This document shows positions 49,060 to 63,506 of a stretch of DNA of 64,000 nucleotides, piece after piece. A model generated the notes under the pieces. The model did no database searches. It worked only from the letters and a program-made list of their open reading frames with translations, and was not told the DNA's origin. Positions within the stretch are counted from its first letter, which is position 1. The number at the start of each line of letters is the position of its first letter. This DNA is from Chlorokybus atmophyticus (lineage: Eukaryota; Plantae; Mesostigma and Chlorokybus algae): contig RHPI01000638.1 of NCBI GenBank assembly GCA_009103225.1, positions 1 to 64,000 on the forward strand. Reading direction: 5' to 3'. The position numbers and the translations under genes are program-made.

Positions 49060-51297
49060 ATGGTGCGCGTGGCTGTCAATGGCTTCGGACGCATTGGACG
49101 ACTCGCATTCAGGAGAGGGTTCGGTGAGGCGCTGGGCACGATGCCAAGCATAACGTGTGCGCGTGCGTGCGTGCATGCGTGCGTGTCCTCCGTCCATCCA
49201 TCCAACCACTCCCTCCCTCATTCATTCATTTATCCATCCATTTATCCATCCATTTGCCCATTCCATTCAGCACTTGCTTGGTATACAATGCACCCGTTCA
49301 TTCACTCAATTGTCGAGTCATCCATTCAATCACTCATTCGTTCACTCAGATCTCCCTCTGCTGTCTATCTGTCCAGGCCTTCCCGGTCTTGATTTCGTTC
49401 TGATCAACGAGCACCCCGCAAAGCTCAAGACGGTGGCGTACCTGCTCAAGTACGACTCCGCCCACGGCACCTGGCACGACCATGACGTCAAGCAGCACCA
49501 GGACGGCGACGCCATCGTCGTCGACGGACAACGCGTCGCCGTCACCAACTCGCAGACGGTGCACGCTTGTATGCGTCTGATACTGTGCAATGCATGCGCT
49601 GCTGGCCCAAGGATGCGCATGACATCAATGTGCTCTGCTTGCTGGCCCGCATGAGTGCCCAAGTATGTCAAGCATGCATGCCGCTTCTCTGTCTACTGCA
49701 CGCAGTTGTACACGACTTCCAGCGAGGCTTGTGCACGCGTATACGCACGTGTTGGCACACAAGCTTGGCATGCGCATGCGACGACACGCAGTCATGCGCG
49801 CATGCGGTGTAGACATGGTGCTGAGGTGCTTTTCGGTGTCAGATTGAGGGCATTCCGCTGGAGGCGCACAAGATCGACCTGGTGCTCGACTGCACGGGAG
49901 TCTTTCTGACAGAGGCCGCACTGGCACCATACTTCACCAAGGGCGTGAAGAAGGTGAGGACAACACATGCGCACGGACGGGCATGCATCCACACACGCAC
50001 AACAGGGGGGACCACAACCTGATATGCTCGCACAGGTGCTTGTCTCTGCACCCGTCAAGGAAGCATCTGCGTTGAATATAGTCGTGGGCTGCAACGACCA
50101 CGACTACGATGCTTCAAAGCATAGGATTGTGACGGCGGCCTCCTGCACCACCAACAGTCTCGCGCCCGTCGTCAAGGTGGGTGGATGTGCGCTTGTTGTC
50201 TTGTGTTGTCTTAATGTTCTCAACCATCATGTGTTCTGCAGGTTATGCTGGAGAACTTTGGCATCAAGCACGGCGTGATCACAACCATCCACAACATCAC
50301 AAATACGCAACCAGGTGCCGTGGGGTGTGCTCTTGATGGCTAGTTGTGTCCCGGGTTACGCTCTCTCATGTGCTCAACATACGCATCACCGCGCAGTGGT
50401 TGATGCACCCATGGGCAAGAAGGACGACCTGCGAAGGTGAGTGCTTGTGCGCGCGTGCACAAGCCACCCAACGCAAATGAGTGCGTGATACTGCAACCAC
50501 CATTACTTGTAGGTGTCGGTCAGCTATGATGAACCTGTCTCCCACAAGCACAGGTGAGCCTTTGTACCCACCCATCGTGATGCTTAAACCTCACTGTTGG
50601 GTTGTTCTCATGGAGTGTTCATGTGCGCAGGCTCTGCCACAGCCATCTCATTGATATACCCACAATTGAAGGTGACACTGGGGCATGAGACGGGGTGCAC
50701 GTACGTGTATGTTGAGCACACAGCAATTACGTGTGTGTGTGTGTGTGTTCAGGGCAAGCTGCACGGCCTGGCGGTGCGCGTGCCGCTGCAGAACGCCTCC
50801 CTCACCGACTGCGTGTTTGAGGTGGAGCGCCCCACCACAGTGGAGGAAGTCAACGAGGCCATGAAGAAGGCCGCTGCAGATGGACGGCTGAAAGGTAAGG
50901 CGCACACACGCACACAGAGGTACATACACGCGCATGCACCCAACACGCACAAAGGGCACAAGGGCAAGCGTATTCGCGTGCATACAGGCTACATCAATGT
51001 GTAATACAGTATGCTGGTAGGTATTCTCGGTTACGAGGAGGAGCCGCTGGTGTCCACGGACTACATCAACGACCCGCGCTCTGGCATTGTGGACGCACTG
51101 TCCACCCTTGTTGTGGACGGCACGCTAGTCAAGCTGTATGTGTGGTACGACAACGAGTGGGGGTAAGCAAACCTGCATTACCAAGTGTAGTAACACAAGC
51201 AGATGGCTCAAAGCCACCATTTTTCGTGTGCAGGTACAGCTGCAGAATGATCGACATAGCCAAGAAGATGGCCGACTCAATGCAAGGAGCTTGTTAG
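49060..51297 (+). CDS. Glyceraldehyde-3-phosphate dehydrogenase, ArsJ-associated (bacterial Gap3-like) type, 11 exons, no transit peptide
   Basis: Motifs [84 protein letters not shown] introns. Confidence 0.95.
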
Positions 51298-53068
51298 TCA
51301 GCGGACATGATGTTGAGTTGACATTGCAATGCAAGCGGTGTGATGCAATTGCTATGGCGGTGGGCTTCACTTTGGGCGTTTGAGATTATTACGCATCACA
51401 AGAGATGCTTCAAGGATTTCTTAGCATGTAACATTCTTGATGCGCTAAAAGTCACTGCTGCGTAGTGAATGTTCATAAGAGGATGTGCGAGTGCGTGGAG
51501 GTCGGGTCGGGCATGCCCCTCCACGGTGCTGTGTCCTCCACCAAGATAATTCGCGTCCATCCCTATGCGTTTTGCCTGAGGCCCGCTGATCTTGGCAGCC
51601 CCCTGCACGACTTCAAGGCATTTCATCCATGATGTAAACAACAAGTGCTATATGATATCACTTGCATGACCCGAAGTTGATCTTGCTACGCGGTGATCAA
51701 GTAGCATTCATGACGGCATGATGGGCTGATCACTAGCCTCATGATATCCTTAGCAGTGTCTGCGTCACGATGTTACATTAACATGATCAGATGACGCACG
51801 CATGGTGTTCTCAGATAGTAAAAAGTATTAAAACTTTCTCATTTGATGCAACCACATGCGCTTTCCACAACATCTCAAAGCCGCTAAGCACAAAGCTGAA
51901 TATGATGATTAATGCAAACTGACTCCGCGGTTTATGCGAGGGTGGGTTATGTGACTGCTTTGTGTTAGTGATATTCAAGCTTAATTTTCGCAAGCCGTAC
52001 AGGCATAAGAAAGACTAAGTCTCCTCCTTGTGTTGCTCTCGCCACCGCAAGCGACCAATCCGATGCATCATTATTTGCAATTTGTAGCGCAATCTTCACG
52101 CATTATTGCGAAATGCACAAATCACATGTGATTGCCGTATCAAATAAGAAGTACACACGTCTGTTTTTTTATCACTACGTCCCTGATACATTGGCGCATA
52201 CCACCATCAATGGGGCTCGTATTGCAATCTGCGAGGGACATGCGCTTGATACATTGATACTGGCCTACAGCAGACAAAGCCTATATACAGATGTCTCATG
52301 TCTGACATGGGGATGGCGTAGCTCGCGTAGGCTTGTGCGAGTCGTACAGTCAAGGCCCTATAAATGGTAGCCTACAATTCTTCAAGGGGCCGATCCGACG
52401 GTATGCAGCGCGGACGCGAGGGTGGTCAGGAGTCAGCGACCTCTCTGCTTTTGTCCTTGGCGATTCCTGACCATATGGGCCTAGCAACCTCCGCGCCCAC
52501 CTCTGCGCGCCTCAGAACGAAGCACAGAGGGGAGTCCCCCCATCACGCTTGCACGTACAGCAGCGTGGCGTGTACGTCACACATGGTCACGTGTCCGTAC
52601 TTCCGCGGCCTATGCGAGATGCTCTTCGGTGAGCGAGTTTTGTCAGCTTGCTGACAGGACAGTACTGTACCAGGAGACGTCTTGTCAGCATACGGCATTG
52701 CCGCCCGTCGATAGCTCCGATTTGCCTTGTCGGCAAACGCCGCGTAGCGTTGCGCCGATATCCATTGCTATATGCGCGGATGTGTGTGTGTGTGCGTGCC
52801 TTGTATCTTTGTACCTGTATGCGTACCATCCCATAGGCGTACACGGCGGCGGCGGCGTAGAAGAACGAGGAGGATAAGGAGAAGGCGGCGCAGGCACGAT
52901 ATGGTCACCGTCAACATGGTTGGAGAGGGACTGGTCGCTTCTTCTCTCTGGGGTGAGGGATCAGAGATGTTGTGTCGTGTTTGCTGGTGTGCGACTGGGC
53001 GAGTTGAGGTTGTTGATGCTGTGTGCGCATGTGCATACGCAGGGCTGTGGAGCAGTGTTGCTGGATGC

Positions 53069-56000
53069 ATGCGCATGCAGTCGAGGTGCGGGGCATGGCT
53101 GACGCTTCTGCTGCTGGTGCTACTGATGAGTCCGGCGTTGGTGGCGGCGCAGCTCAACCAGGAGCAGTGGCCCGACACCTCCACGTGGCCAGACGTAAGA
53201 AAGTTGAATTCCGTCTGTATGACTGTCTGTCTGTCTGTCTATTAGCAGCAGCAGTTCGGGCGTTTCCTTGATATGTCTTGTTGTTTGTCTCTCTGGTGAT
53301 CCTTGCAACACTGAAGTCTTGCACACGAGTGTATAGTGGGGCAAAGCTGCTACTCTCCTGTTCATCCATGCAACCAGCTACACCCCCACCTCCCACCCAC
53401 CCAAACAACTATAGTTTTCTTTCTCGTTCTCTCTTCATCACTCTCCATCATCCCCCCCTCCCCCCCCCTCCCTTCTTCCCCACTGGGTTGCACGCATCTC
53501 AGCGCACTCACTCATCTGCAGTGCACAACACGTTGAGTTGTCACAGCATAAGCATTCCTTGTCCAGTGGACACTTACATCCCCATCCCAGGTCTCCGACA
53601 AGGCCCTTCATCTGAGCTCCCCTTTCTCCAGCGAGCAGGGCTGCTTTGCTCAGCTTGCGCGCTACTCGTTCACGGGGCCGGCGGGCCTCTCCACCGCAGC
53701 CTACAAGCCAGAAGTCGTCCCGGGCTCGAATCCGCAAGCCTGCCAGGGACCCTGGGCATCGGTCGTTGTCACGGCCAGGTTTCAGACGACAGATGTGGTG
53801 CCAGCCAAGGCGGTGTTCGGCGTCTGGATCAAGGGTAAGAGTTGGTCTATGATGGTGTGCAGCGATGCGTGTATCCGCATGCGTGCTGTTGCCCACGCTT
53901 GCACGCACGCGCAACTGCGCACATGCACATGCGTAAGCATGCATCCCCGCGTGAGGATGCACTCATACATGTGCCGATGCACATCCTCCCAGGCATGCAA
54001 GCACACACATGCGCGTGTATTCGTGCCTGACACCAGCACGCGTGCACCTTCACACCCGCCCCCCCNNNNNNNNNNNNNNNNNNNNNNNNNNNNNNNNNNN
54101 NNNNNNNNNNNNNNNNNNNNNNNNNNNNNNNNNNNNNNNNNNNNNNNNNNNNNNNNNNNNNNNNNNNNNNNNNNNNNNNNNNNNNNNNNNNNNNNNNNNN
54201 NNNNNNNNNNNNNAAAAGGCTTTTCATATCCCCCCCCCTCTTCTCGTTCAGTGATAATCATGTCTTTCTCGTGAGCAGGTGTGGATGTATTGCGAGGATA
54301 CTTTCCCGATGTTGCTGCAAACTCTCCACAAGGGTTGACTCAGCAAGTCTGGGTCATTGAGAAGGATATCACGCAGGTGATACTTGTATAAATGCATGCA
54401 ACTCATGGGAGTTGCGATGACAAGTGCTTGATAGTGACTAGTCTTAGACTCGCGCGTCCCTCATACAACCCCTTTTACAGTTTTCTTCTTTGCTGCGCAC
54501 GCCCGGCGGTTTAGCCAAAGCCGCCTTAGACTACACGCAGCCCGGTCCCAACCCCGCACAGGCGCCGTACCCGACAATCAACGTAACGGTGACCGCGTTG
54601 ATGTACTCCACATACACGTACAAGAACGCGGGCGCCCCCGCATCAGAGCCGATTCCCGCATCGGTGCTGCCGATATCGCGGTCTTCTCCGCCGACATCGA
54701 TGCCGTGGTACCCGCTCTATGCGCACACATCGCTCAATCGCAAGCTATCCCACATCCCACGCAATGCCGTGGCCGCCTATTTGGAGGTGCATGGCAGCCC
54801 TGCTGGTAGTATTGACGACTTGAGCTATGAGGCGGTTGCTACACAGCTCAAGGTGATGATAGACAACCGACCCGCGGGGTACGCATATGTGGGCTTTGGG
54901 TTTGGTGGGCCGCTTGATGTTGGGTACGTGCTCGATGTCACGCCCTTCGTTGGCACCCTCGTAGACGGCAAACTCCACAGCTTCACCATCAAGAACTCGC
55001 ATGACAATGTAAGTATCATGATCGGTCAGTACACACGCTTGTACACGCCTATCAATCGGCACGCAAGGGAACATATACACGTGCGCGCACTAACAGGCAT
55101 GCACATGCGTGCATGCACGCAGGCACATCTGTGAGCGTGCGTGCGCACACAGCTACACATGCGCAGGCGTGCACACATTATGTACGCACATGTACTGCCT
55201 GACATAACAGCGTGCTGATCGTGTATGCGTGTACACCTGCAGTACCTTCTTGTGGACGCGAACCTGTTGGTACACGTGGACGCGTCGCTGAGCGAGACGA
55301 GGGGGGAGCTGTTGGAAGCGACATCGGCGTTGCCGTTGCGTCCCGTCGACGGGACCAATCCGACTCCCTCGGACTTTTGCGCCGCCTACCCGGGATACGA
55401 AGAGTGCCAGTACCTCGTGGCCTCGGCACCTGTTGTCACGCGTGGATACATGGAGGTGAGCTACTCGGTGGTATTGGTATGCTGCTTACAGTGTGCAACC
55501 ACATGCCATGTGAGGGGCAGGCGGCTGCCAAGGTAGTTAACACACACTTGTACAAGGCAACATACGAGCACAGAGTGTGGTTTTCACATACCTGTAGCCA
55601 GTTACGGTTGTCCAAACTGCACTGACACCCTTGTGCTTATAGACATCCGATGGGACACGGGTGTTCACCAATGTCACTCAGACGGTGGATTATGTGTACT
55701 CTTACATGATCAATCCCGACAGCAGTTTCAACAACTATGAGGTTGGTTGCAAAATTGTCTGTTTTGCTGCAAGTGTACCAATAACTGGTGCATCAACACC
55801 TGAACCTCACTCTGTTGCAGCATTTGGCCACCATGCAAGAGAGCAGCAGCAGTCTAGGGGAAGAGGAGTCTGCGAGTGCAACCGCTGCAACATTCTTGTT
55901 GGATTACTACAACGAGCACGACCAAGGAGAAAACCAGCCTTGCTACACATACTTTAGCAAAACCACTTCCACTCTACAACAATCTACCAACGGGCTGCCG

Positions 56001-56311
56001 ACCGTGACACAACACCACCAAGTCATTGATGATGTAAGCGTTGGTCTTGTCATGCTAGCCTCTCTTATGTCATGCGTTGATGTGTCCAACTCTTGCTTGA
56101 TGCTTGTGTGCAGAGCACGTACGACTATGATACCATCAATTGCCCCCTCATGCAAGCGAGCTATCAAAATAATGGGCAGAGCAAAGAGTACATTGAGTAT
56201 GGCTTGGACGGGGTCCCGGTGGCGTGCTTTCAGTACAGCAAAGCGAGCAACCGGTCGTATCATGAGGATTGCTTGTTGGAAGTGACGCGGCAGACATGCT
56301 CGACAGCTTGA
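53069..56311 (+). CDS. Secreted PNGase-A-like (peptide:N-glycanase A family) protein, divergent, multi-exon
   Basis: Signal peptide (WLTLLLLVLLMSPALVAA), GVWIK|GVDVLRG, WVIEKDITQ|FSSLL, PRNAVAAYLEV, VMIDNRPAG, YVLDVTPFVGTLVDGKLHSFTI, VDANLLV. Confidence 0.65.
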
Positions 56312-59300
56312 GAGTTCATGTCCATAAGCAGCTCATGTACATGAATAAAGAAGTTGCCATAGCGGTCGGCTTCCTTCCCCACTACCAGAAACGAATAAAA
56401 TGGGGCTGGTTAGGTGGTACTAATACTATATGAGAGATGCACAAGCTGACTTTCTGTACACATATAGGAGGATCGTTGCCGCATGCATATTTATACATAT
56501 GTGATCGGGTGGGGGTTGCAAGTTGGTGCTGCCAGCCTAGCACTTGTGATGTTGTTGTGTACAGGGCTTGGGCTAGCCCATTTGCTTGCCACAATGGTGA
56601 TTGCGTTACAATTGTCATGGTGCACATATGTTGCCTGTGTATGTAACATGTACGCATCCCATTTTGCAGGTAGTTTGGCAGGGTTTACCTCAACTGCCAC
56701 TACCTGCTGCCCTGCCTTCTTGCACGCATATAGGTCCAGCTTCTTTGCTTTAAACCGTTAGCGTCTTTCTTGTAGAGAGTGTATGCGAGCGTGATTGTTG
56801 GTCGCTGCTGAATTGGTTGCCTTGCAAATATATTGGCCCCTTTGTTCCATTTGTGCCGCGCATGAGTTTATGCTACAGTGCAGGTAGGGGCGACAGGCTA
56901 CCGCTTCAATTGCTGCTGCGTCTTGCGCTATACATAGTCAAGCCCTTGTCTAGTGTAATTGTGGTAACTTTAGTAGTTAAGTGGGAGTTAGTTTGCATGC
57001 GCGTGCGGGTGTGCTGCGTGAGCGTCCATTATTATGCCCTACGGGTGTATAATTGATGTGCTTTTCGCTCGCCTATATGGTAATTAGGTTGTTCACATGT
57101 ATTGCATTGTAAAAAAGATGACATGCTCTTAAATCAACATCCGAATATCTCTTGATCATGTAATGTATGCACCACATGTAGCTTGCTTCTCAAGCAATTG
57201 TTATGCGAGTTATATACTGGTGGTTTCAATGTAAGGGCGTGCCACATACATGTTCCATATTGTCATAATGCGGATTAACATTGTACATGTCAACACAACA
57301 TTGACATGACTCACTGAGGTACCCAACCATCGGAATAGTCTTTTATACATAGCTAAACTTTTGTTTACAACTTAACAGGCAATCTGCATGAATGCCCAGC
57401 AAATCCTACATTAGGCTTTGTGATTGCATTGCATCTATATTTAATAAGTATAGGTTGCGTCATAACACTTTCTCATGTCAAATGAAAAATCATAATAACA
57501 TGGTTGCGATGGTGGGCCGATAATTTTTTAACAAGTCGTTTAGATCTTACGTATAATCACATTAAGGACTTGCTATCACCTCATCCATACTTGCAGTGTT
57601 CATCATTATCATCGTAGTGGAATAAAAAATGATATTCATTTTGTGGCCCACAACTCGATTGCAGAGATCTTACATTGTATGTACAGTCATGTAAGCCTAC
57701 TACACTTGAAACGGATGCGTTGCAACGTTTTTGCATCATCAACGCATGCACGCGCGCGTGTGTGTAAAGTAATAATGTAAAAAAAATAATAAAGGTAGTA
57801 TTAACATCACACGTATGTGAGATATGATGCTGAGCTTTCATTGCACCCATCTTACGTTGCATTTATTAGACGTTATCACTATGTTCTTGGCTATGATTAT
57901 ATTTCTTAACATTAATTAAGATGTGACAGATGCAAACTTGATAATGTTGTGGTTTTTTAAAAATAAGCAATAGCCATATATGTGAAATCGTGGTGCACTA
58001 TTTATATAACAATTTCGAATAAATTATTGAAACGTTTCATATAAAGCAGATTGACTTTTTGAATATACGATCATTACCCTCTTGATACATGTTGTTTGAC
58101 GCGTGACAAACCATTTCATAAAAGCAAACATTCCATTACCGCGATGTTCATAACGAATTTCACACCAACACAACTTACGTCATAAGCAAACTACAATCTA
58201 AAGTCGTATGTTGTCAACTACAATGGAACAATATTCTATGCTCATACTGTAGTGCCAAGGCTTCACGTATATTCCAAGACCTTCCTTCGGATTTACTACG
58301 TGTGCCGCCTCGTGGCCTGTGTTAGACATTATATTATATGCGCGCGACTGTTTGTCTATTTGCTTACCTTTAATACTGACGATCTACCGGCGCAACGAGC
58401 GCGCGATTCCACCACGTGTTTATTGCAGTTTGTTGAACTCCAGGCTGCTATTGCTCCATGGTACAGACTACATCCACAGAAAAGCGTTATTGGTTTATTT
58501 TAAAAACGTAAAGCACTGATCACATCTACAATACCGTAGTGACGGCAATCATAATGCATTCTTCAATGCACGTGGGCTCCATGTGCATTGACAGGAGCAG
58601 TTGGTCGGCTTTTTATATCAACGTGCTTTTTAAGCATATCTTGTATTACAAAGATTATAAGTTTTAAGCTGATTTACCACTTAAATTGCAATATATCACA
58701 GGTCGATTTATAACGACTTAACAAGATAATACACGACACAATTTGCTTTCAGTTGCCAACTTGACAATGCCATTACGTAAATCTACAATTACATTGTTGA
58801 GCCTTACGATGCTTTTATCACATATCAGCCTGAGTCCTCTTGACGACTTAATTTCTTAAGAAAAGACAGAGTCCACTTTGGGTTGCCAACTTTTAATTCA
58901 ATGCTATTGGGTACATCAACGCTTATAATAGACAATGCTTGTCAATCATTTGTGAATCGGGTTACAAGTCAATCATTTGACAATTTAAAATCATGGACTC
59001 TACTAGCCTCGCGCCAAAAATCCTCTTGTTAATTAAAATGATGATAATATTTCGTATTTACATTGCATAAAATAATATGATTTTAAATACTAGTACTATT
59101 TTTGTTGATATTTTCTATGATTGTTAAAATGTTTACAAAATTAAACTATCTTACAATTTGGGGATAGTGCATGCGTAAATACGCAAAAATGTATGGATTT
59201 AATGCATCCATGTCATGCAAAGAGCTTTTATGTTTATGTCTTACAAAAAAATGTAAATTCAAATTATACAACTTCACATTATATAGCGCAACAGTCAGCA

Positions 59301-60444
59301 ATGAATGTTTGAACATATTATAAAAGGCTTTTCATATCGCGATAATGGCTATTTTACTATCTTCATAACTTGTACCAATAAAGTACTAAAATCGGGCTCT
59401 TTTGGCTGCGAAATATCTTTGCATTCAGTATAGCAGTGCTTGCATCATAGTAATAGTTCTATTTAAGTAGAACAACGACATTGAATTCGTAATTTTTAGA
59501 CACTTGTGCTAGCATTTACGAATTACACAAGTAGCATGTTGGCTTCACATTTCGCCTTGAAGTTGTGAGTCTTACGCGCAATTTTGGCAGATCACTCAAG
59601 CGGCTGTATGGCGATCGCGGCCTGCCGCCGCGGCGCTGTCAGGAGTTTACCGCGGTCAAGTGACTAGGTAATTGACCGCGGTTGCAGATCTTGCCGGTTA
59701 GCTAACTGTGTCGGCAGTCCTCCCGAATTGTAGTTTTTCATTGTGAACAATTCAATCACTGCAATGGGCCTTAAATGCAAGTTGTGTGTACTCATTTAAG
59801 TACAGCTACCGGCCAGGCTAGTGTTAACGTAAGGGGGAGCCTCCCCCCCCCCCCCCNNNNNNNNNNNNNNNNNNNNNNNNNNNNNNNNNNNNNNNNNNNN
59901 NNNNNNNNNNNNNNNNNNNNNNNNNNNNNNNNNNNNNNNNNNNNNNNNNNNNNNNNNNNNNNNNNNNNNNNNNNNNNNNNNNNNNNNNNNNNNNNNNNNN
60001 NNNNNNNNNNNNNNNNNNNNNNNNNNNNNNNNNNNNNNNNNNNNNNNNNNNNNNNNNNNNNNNNNNNNNNNNNNNNNNNNNNNNNNNNNNNNNNNNNNNN
60101 NNNNNNNNNNNNNNNNNNNNNNNNNNNNNNNNNNNNNNNNNNNNNNNNNNNNNNNNNNNNNNNNNNNNNNNNNNNNNNNNNNNNNNNNNNNNNNNNNNNN
60201 NNNNNNNNNNNNNNNNNNNNNNNNNNNNNNNNNNNNNNNNNNNNNNNNNNNNNNNNNNNNNNNNNNNNNNNNNNNNNNNNNNNNNNNNNNNNNNNNNNNN
60301 NNNNNNNNNNNNNNNNNNNNNNNNNNNNNNNNNNNNNNNNNNNNNNNNNNNNNNNNNNNNNNNNNNNNNNNNNNNNNNNNTCTAGTTTTTTTTTTTTTTA
60401 TGATGTTTTTGATGTAGCCACTCTTGTATAATGTCACGTATGTT

Positions 60445-60720
60445 ACATTTCACATGGGGTTAGCAGCCCGTGCCAGTACTGACACAAACCGGTTGTGCTG
60501 CGGGACCTGCCTTTCGGGGCTAAACCCGAAAGGCCCGAAACTGGCACAGAACCGCTTTTGCCAGCAATGGATGCTACCTTACCTACAGGTAAATGGCATA
60601 AGCGGTTTGTGCCAGCACTGGAGTCAGAATTTGCAGCCGTTACTGGCACACAGCAGCTTCATGCCATGCTTGGTGCAAGCCTAGCTGTGCCAGCAATGGC
60701 GCATAAGACTTATGTGCCGT
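60445..60720. repeat. Remnant rich in GTGCCAG/CTGGCAC motifs with a 10-bp-stem hairpin (60509-60534); probable non-autonomous transposon fragment
   Basis: Repeated motif in both orientations; GCCTTTCGGG-GCTAAA-CCCGAAAGGC. Confidence 0.35.
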
Positions 60721-60959
60721 TAATATACGTAGAAATGATATGTATATTATGATATTGTATACGTAGAAATATCATATGCTCACACTAAATATTTTTTAAA
60801 TGCAATATGAGCATCACAAAATATAATCAAAAATTGTGCAAATTAGTAATGTGTGATTTGCGCTATACTTAGTCAACAACTAGCACTCTACCTACACATA
60901 ACACTAGCACCAGGTTTACCATTGCTTGCTGCCTTTGTTGCAACAACAACGTCGCAAAT

Positions 60960-62520
60960 TTTACACGGTGACTGTCAAGGGACTGAGGGACTGACGGGTG
61001 CCTGACCCTGCCTGACCCTACCTGGCGTAACGGATTGGTCCATAAAGGGACTTTTTAGGACGGCTGTTATTATCAAGCAACATATACCGACGGCAAGCGG
61101 TCGACCGATAAGTACAATCGACGGCGGCTTGTCTGTGACGGCAACACCGCACTTTAAGGTGACGGCCGATTGTCGGTCGTCCCACTTGCGCGATGGCGAC
61201 CTATCTGTATAGCAGATAAGTCACGTTTTGGTCACATACAATGACGGCCGACCGTCGGTTGTACCCTGACTGTCGAAAAGTATGCGCGACGGCCTGCCTA
61301 CTTTGGCAAGCCAGTCACCGTTAGTCTCTATCAGGTGACCTTATCGCGTTTATTAGGTGACGGCCGATCGCCGGTCGTGCACCTAACGCGGCGGCGACCT
61401 ACTTATTGTGTATCAAGTATGATAAGCAAGTGACCGCCAGTCTCTAAAGGTCGGCAAGTCAAGACGGTGGTACCAGTCGACAAGTCTAGACGCTGGTACA
61501 ATGCAGCCGCCGTACCATGTCAATGATACGAACAGTGCTATTGTTGCAATGGCACTATCGTACCATACTAATGGTACGATAGTGCCATTGCGACAATGGT
61601 ACTTTCGTACTATTATAATAATACGATAATGCCGTTGCGACAACGCGTTTGAATAACTTGGGCTGCTCAAGTTATTCAAGCGCTCAATGGCTTCAAGTTG
61701 AACAGAGCGATGTGGGCGGCGGCGGCGGCGGCGGCGACGGCAACGGCTAACAGCAGGTGAGCTTGGTTGCTGTCTGACGTTGTGCTACGCGCAACACCGC
61801 ATGCCATCTAACCACCATCCTTGCCTTAGGGCGGCCAGGCCAGGCCAGGCTAGGCAAGACCAGGCCAGGCGGCGGCGGAGAAGGAACGGCGGCGGCGGAG
61901 CTGGAGCGGGCGGTGTTGGAGCCGCAGCTCAGTACAAGGGTAGTACTAGCAGTAGTACCTAAGGTAGTAGTAGCAGTAGTGGTAGTGGTAGCAGTAGTGG
62001 TAGTCTAGTTGTACTAGTAGTAGTAGTAGTAGCTCAGTATATTACATTGGAATTTATTTATTTATTTATTTATTATTATTTGTCACGCATTCTTGCACAG
62101 CTGATGATGACAATCACGCGTGACACCTCATCATGATTGAGCGGTACCAGCAGGTACTTTTGAAGGTACACATCATTAAGGGTAGGTACCTTAAGGTACC
62201 TGACAATTTCGCTTAGTTAGCGTACAGTCGCCAGTACCTAACTGATAGGTACCGGTTAATTACTTGTTAGTTAGGTCAAGTACCCTTTGCTTAACTGTTG
62301 GGTACTTGATTGGTATCTAGTAATTAGGGTCAGTCCCTTTATGCAGACGGCCGCCAATGGTGACGGCCGTTATGCTCAGGTCCCTGTATCGAGATCGCCG
62401 GTAGACTGAAGGTCGACAGTCTAAATGAGTATCCTCAGGTGCACGGCCGTTGCTAATATCCAATCGGCCGGCAGGGGAATATTTTGCGACGAAACACTCT
62501 AGCTACGGCTCCCGACCCCA
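60960..62520. mobile_element. Probable non-autonomous DNA element with GACGGCC/GGTACC subterminal-type repeats; ends unresolved
   Basis: GACGGC(C) clusters at 61060-61380 and 62340-62460, around a GC-rich and then simple-sequence core. Confidence 0.3.
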
Positions 62521-62907
62521 GCGCCACCTCCTGTTGCAACCAACTGCAACCGCGTTGCACAGTTGCAGCTCCAGCTTTAGGCCCAATAAAAGAAGTGTCG
62601 CGCTGGCCTCCGCATACCCATAACCTGCTAGGCTGGGTCTGGGTCTAGCCTAGCTGGGTTTAGGTCTAGTTTAAGGTCTGCGGGGCTAGGTCTGCTGCAT
62701 TGCGTAAACCTGCAGTGATTGTGTGTGTAAATGAGACTGCATGCTTGGCATGAGTAAGCATGCACAAGAAACATAGTGTCTCACCCGCCTTGCGCGCGGT
62801 GCCCTTCGTGTCTATATAAGACAGCTGCACATGAACCACTCCATAACGGACATCGTTATGGACGTCGGTCGAGCCTGTTCCGAGGTGAGATTATAGCACT
62901 TAAGTCC

Positions 62908-62908
<1 letters not shown>

Positions 62909-62989
<81 letters not shown>
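62909..62989. repeat. (AG)n microsatellite running into a gap
   Basis: Directly read. Confidence 0.95.
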
Positions 62990-63312
62990 NNNNNNNNNNN
63001 NNNNNNNNNNNNNNNNNNNNNNNNNNNNNNNNNNNNNNNNNNNNNNNNNNNNNNNNNNNNNNNNNNNNNNNNNNNNNNNNNNNNNNNNNNNNNNNNNNNN
63101 NNNNNNNNNNNNNNNNNNGGTAGAGAGAGAGGTACCTGCCAGAGAGAGGTGCACTATGTCACGCTGGCGCATGGAATTCCTGCATTGGTCTCCACTAGCA
63201 CATCTTCTGTAAGGGATAGCGCAACACAAGGCACCCAACTTTAGAGTTGTACATGTAATAAACAGGCAAAGTGACAGGGCGTTAACACATTATCCACAAA
63301 GCTATGTTCATT

Positions 63313-63461
63313 GCGCATGCTAGCAGCCGGAAGCCAGTGCTTGTGCTTGGGGAGTCTGAATGCAGCATTGGCACATAAAGCCATGATGCGCATGCTAGCA
63401 GCCGGAAGCCAGTGCTTGTGCTTGGGGAGACTGAATGCAGCATTGGCACATAAAGCCATGA
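63313..63461. repeat. Tandem duplication of a 75-bp unit
   Basis: GCGCATGCTAGCAGCCGG...CATAAAGCCATGA at 63313 and 63388. Confidence 0.9.
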
Positions 63462-63506
63462 AAGCAAAGAAAGCCGTGAAGTGAAGACTTTAAAAGCTGG
63501 TAAATG

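Noticed and set aside
49060-51297. Bacterial contamination as the source of GAPDH and arsJ
   Set aside because: Both genes have many spliceosomal introns with the same repeat style as neighbouring genes.
60509-60534. Helitron 3' hairpin or rho-independent terminator
   Set aside because: No CTRR end at the expected distance and no U-tract; eukaryotic context.
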